DNA of 63,779 bases, filler included, from Olpidium bornovanus S191 (taxonomy: Eukaryota; Fungi; Olpidiomycota): assembly GCA_017911155.1 (NCBI GenBank). It is 32 parts of 32 records of this genome, joined end to end, with 100 filler letters (N's around TTAATTAATTAA, not from the genome) between each part and the next. Parts side by side here need not be neighbours in the genome. Positions count along the whole stretch, not along the records: positions 59,807 to 60,881 come from JAEFCI010003697.1; positions 60,982 to 62,277 come from JAEFCI010008964.1; positions 62,378 to 63,779 come from JAEFCI010004177.1; 29 more parts are not named here. One strand, written 5' to 3'. The notes under the pieces were generated by a model that saw only the letters and a list, made by a program, of their open reading frames with translations, was not told the DNA's origin and made no database searches. Position 1 is the first letter of the stretch. Every line of letters starts with the position of its first letter. The position numbers were made by a program, and so were the translations under genes. Positions 60,411 through 63,779 of the stretch are shown piece after piece.

Positions 60411-61269
60411 AACTGAGTACAGATATTGCTGCACTACCCCCCCCTCCTCGGAAAGCGGGGAAAGATATGAGGAACGGGCTGGAGGGGTGGGCTGCGCGGA
60501 AAGGGCTGCGCGGGGAGGAGATGATGATTGAAAACGAAGATGAAATTGGAACGGAAAGTGGGCCGGCCGATGTGGGGAATATTCACAGCGATCGCAGAAA
60601 CGGGGGTTCGTAGACAGGTGATAGTGTGCGTTTAGGGTACGAACAAAGGCGGGTATGCATGCTGGGAGCGAAAAACGGGAGTCCTGCAGGGCGCGGTGTG
60701 ACCTGCGTCGCCGGTTCGGGGCTTGGGGCGGCGGCGCGTTGGGAACGGTCCGGTAGAGGTGTGGCCGGGTCAGCCACAAACTTCAAATGGGACGGTGCGA
60801 AGCGACGGTCTACGATTTGGTCCGAGCGGGTATCGAGGACCACGTAGGATCCTCCGGTCGTCCTACGAAGGATGCGGCCCGNNNNNNNNNNNNNNNNNNN
60901 NNNNNNNNNNNNNNNNNNNNNNNNNTTAATTAATTAANNNNNNNNNNNNNNNNNNNNNNNNNNNNNNNNNNNNNNNNNNNNACGTCGGGCTTTTCGACCC
61001 CTGCCCGCCCGCTTCCGTGGACCTCGTCTGCAATCGGTCCGCTCGTCGCACATCAGGACGAAGAGCCGGCGTGCACACAAATCGTGCACACACACGGAGC
61101 GCGTCGGCTCGCAGCTGCGGATAATAACGCACGCGGACGGGGAAGTAGGGTGAAGGGAAGGGGGAAGGAATTGGGTGGCGTGCGGGTGGGGATGAAGAGA
61201 CGGAAGAGGGCGGGAGGGGAGAGGCTCACGCGGGTGTGAAGACCCGCAAAAGTCACTCCGACAACTACT

Positions 61270-61277
61270 GCCCGCCC

Positions 61278-61312
<35 letters not shown>

Positions 61313-61591
61313 CCCCCCCCCCCCCCCCCGGGGAAAAAGGGAACTGCGGGAGGAAAGGAGAGAGGGGAAAGCCTCCCCCCCCCCTGCGCGCGGCCGGGAC
61401 GAAAAGAAGAAGAAAAAAGGTGGAAGTTTTCCTTTTTTTTCGCTTCTTTTTCTCTCGTTTCGAACGAAAACGGCCTCTCTGGAGAGAGAGAGAGAGAGAG
61501 AGAGCGACCGGAAAGTGCGGCCGCGCAGCAGGGGCGCTCTCTGGCGGGTGAGCGGTTGGGCGGGGTGAAGTTGCGGGTTTGTCCCATTCCC

Positions 61592-61669
<78 letters not shown>

Positions 61670-61976
61670 AAAAAATAAAAAAATATATTCAAAAACGGAC
61701 GCGGGAGGAACGTTCTGGGCCCCTCCTCCGAACGAGAAAAAAAAAAAAAGAAAAAAGAAAAACCCCTTCCCGTCAACCCCCTTCCCCTCCCCCCTCCCCC
61801 CTTACGCGCGCGTTTCTGGCGTTTCTGGCCAGCTTTGCGTTTTCGTTCCCGACCTGGCACGCGCTTTTTCTCTCTCTCTCTCTCTCTTCCCCTCTCGCGC
61901 CCGCGCGCTGTCTCTCCCCTTGCCACGGCGTGCTTTCGTTTATTTATATCTCGGGTCATCTCTTCCCGCTCTCCGC

Positions 61977-62034
<58 letters not shown>

Positions 62035-62200
62035 CCCCTCTCGCCCTCCGTCTTTCTCTGCGCACTCTCGGCGTTCTCTTACTGTTTCTCCTCTTTTTTT
62101 CTTTCTCTCTTTGTTCCCTGGATCATTGGCCCGCTCTCCCGGCCGAGCTCTCTTTCTTTTTTTTTTTTTAAAAAAAAAAAAAAGGAAAAGGAAAAATTCC
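61270..62200. repeat. Low-complexity contig: poly-A (about 71 nt, 61597-61667), poly-C, (GA)n, (TC)n
   Basis: Seen directly; no coding signal recognised. Confidence 0.95.
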
Positions 62201-62377
62201 TGCTCTTGTCCGCCGTCCCCCCCTCCTCTCTGACTCCCTCTCTCTTCCCCGCTCTTTTTCTAACTGGTCGCTCGGACNNNNNNNNNNNNNNNNNNNNNNN
62301 NNNNNNNNNNNNNNNNNNNNNTTAATTAATTAANNNNNNNNNNNNNNNNNNNNNNNNNNNNNNNNNNNNNNNNNNNN

Positions 62378-63658
62378 CATGATGTCAAAAATGACGTCTC
62401 CCGAGTCTCTATCCAGCGAAAGTAACCGCCGAAAGCCTGGAATCAACGACCCGAACGCTAGTTGCCGCCCCTTTGCCTTCTCCACCCCCGACACGTGCTC
62501 ACACAGCCGTGCAAATTGTTGCTTGACGTCCAGCAGAAGTTGCTGGAGTTCAGACCCAATTTTTGCATAGTTCGCCAAAGCAGGGCTATCCTGTAATTCC
62601 AGAGGCGGGGGTTCGACGACACGTGTCGCCGGTTTGGACGGAAACTGACTGAGAAATGCTTTCAGCGAGTTCGCCATCCTGGCGTTTCGCTTGGCTGCAT
62701 CAGTATATCTCTACAGTATGATTGGTTCACGTCAGAGTTCGGTGGGACGGCAACTTCGAGACAACGACAGACCAGGAAACAACCCACGTTTGCAACGGCC
62801 GGGAGTCCTCTTCGCGGCGGTTTCCACCATGGCCGTGGTGGCGCTAGGTTGGCAATTTGCATCAGCCTCGTCAAAATCACACGAAGGCCAGTCGGCAAGG
62901 CGTTAGAGTTCGCACGCACCTGTAAGCTCGACGTGCCATCCTGCCGAAGGGTCACCACAACGTGGCATCTCTGTAGCCAAGAGCTGCGACGTCGAGGCTT
63001 CACCCTGCGTCTCAGATTCTGCTCCGGCAGAGTGAGCAGGCGAGCTTCCCGATGGCCGAGTCGCCGGTTGATGCTCAACATCAACGCCTCCTGGAGGGCA
63101 ACGGGGCAGCGCTGCGGCAGGGCGTCTCGACGCCGGGTTTGCGGAAACGACGGAAAGCGAAGGTTCCGTTTCTTCCAATACCCACGCCGCTCGCTTCCCG
63201 GCGGACGGCGGACGGCGTTCGGAGGCGCTTGGCGGCTCCCTGTCCGGTGGTTTCGGCTTCGGAATCGCCCGGCCGGCCGACAACAAGACCTCCGACAAGT
63301 CAAAAAAGTCCAGGTCCGGCGCTTCGGGCGGCCCAGCGGCCGGCGCGGCCGGCGGGCCGGCCGACAACAACAGGGAAAATAAGTCCTCGTCCAGCGCCGC
63401 GGGCAGCTCGGCAGACGGCGGCGCCGTCGCCCCGCCGCGCCGCGCGTCACCGGCCGGGTCGCGCGCGCAGCCGGCCGCGGTCGGCGCACCAGACGCCCCG
63501 CGAAGCGGCGCAGTGCGGCCCGCGGCGGTCAGCGGCTGGCACGCGGGCGGCGGCCCGGGCGTCGGACAGCGGCCGGTGCGGTGGACGGGCCGCGCGGCAG
63601 AGAGCGTCGGGCGACAGCGCTCGCACAGGCTGGCGCGGAGGACGACAGCGTGCCGCAT
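62378..63658 (-). CDS. Hypothetical protein fragment
   Basis: Frames 63658-62903 and 62677-62378 (...ANYAKIGSELQQLLLDVKQQFARLCEHV...RLLSLDRDSGDVIFDIM) look coding. No family recognised. Confidence 0.35.
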
Positions 63659-63779
63659 GGCCGCCCGCTCCCCGCCCCGGCGCGGCGGCAGGCGGCGGAC
63701 TGAAGTGTCTGCGGCGCGGTCGGGACTAGAGGAAGGGGTGGGCCTGCGGCAGCCGTTCGCGCGCTTCTGCGGGCGCGGG

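Noticed and set aside
1-63779. Prokaryotic-type systems (operons, CRISPR arrays, defence islands), rRNA or tRNA genes
   Set aside because: All recognised genes are spliced eukaryotic genes; no regularly spaced repeat-spacer array or structural RNA was seen.

Overview
This window is not contiguous DNA. It is 32 short contigs (about 1-3.5 kb) joined by 31 identical 100-bp artificial linkers (N44-TTAATTAATTAA-N44). The DNA is eukaryotic, GC-rich and intron-rich (GT-AG), with long homopolymers and microsatellites. Recognisable gene fragments, all identified by eye from motif recall with no database search: katanin p60, ORC1, phosphofructokinase, argininosuccinate synthase, RSPH9, SF3A2/Prp11, an LPCAT3-like MBOAT, G-protein alpha-i, N-myristoyltransferase, LAMMER kinase, INO80, Rax2, a probable Rec114, SNF7, Mgm101, an animal-type TMEM16/anoctamin, RPB10, PPIL2 and RPL43. 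Mobile DNA: Ty1/copia remnants, a chromodomain from a chromovirus (Ty3/gypsy), a 574-bp LTR with primer-binding site and gag start, a hAT 3' end, and an 871-bp insertion with a 5-bp target-site duplication. Flagellar genes together with fungal genes point to a zoosporic fungus (inference; Olpidium-like is a guess). I did not find a convincing new multi-gene system, and neighbourhood across linkers is meaningless. The most interesting signals are: the hidden Rec114-like meiotic gene; the non-TG..CA insertion splitting a copia integrase; the orphan RSPH9 exon; the animal-like anoctamin; and a strong CATG (NlaIII) signature at contig ends, including at least one CATG chimera inside SNF7.
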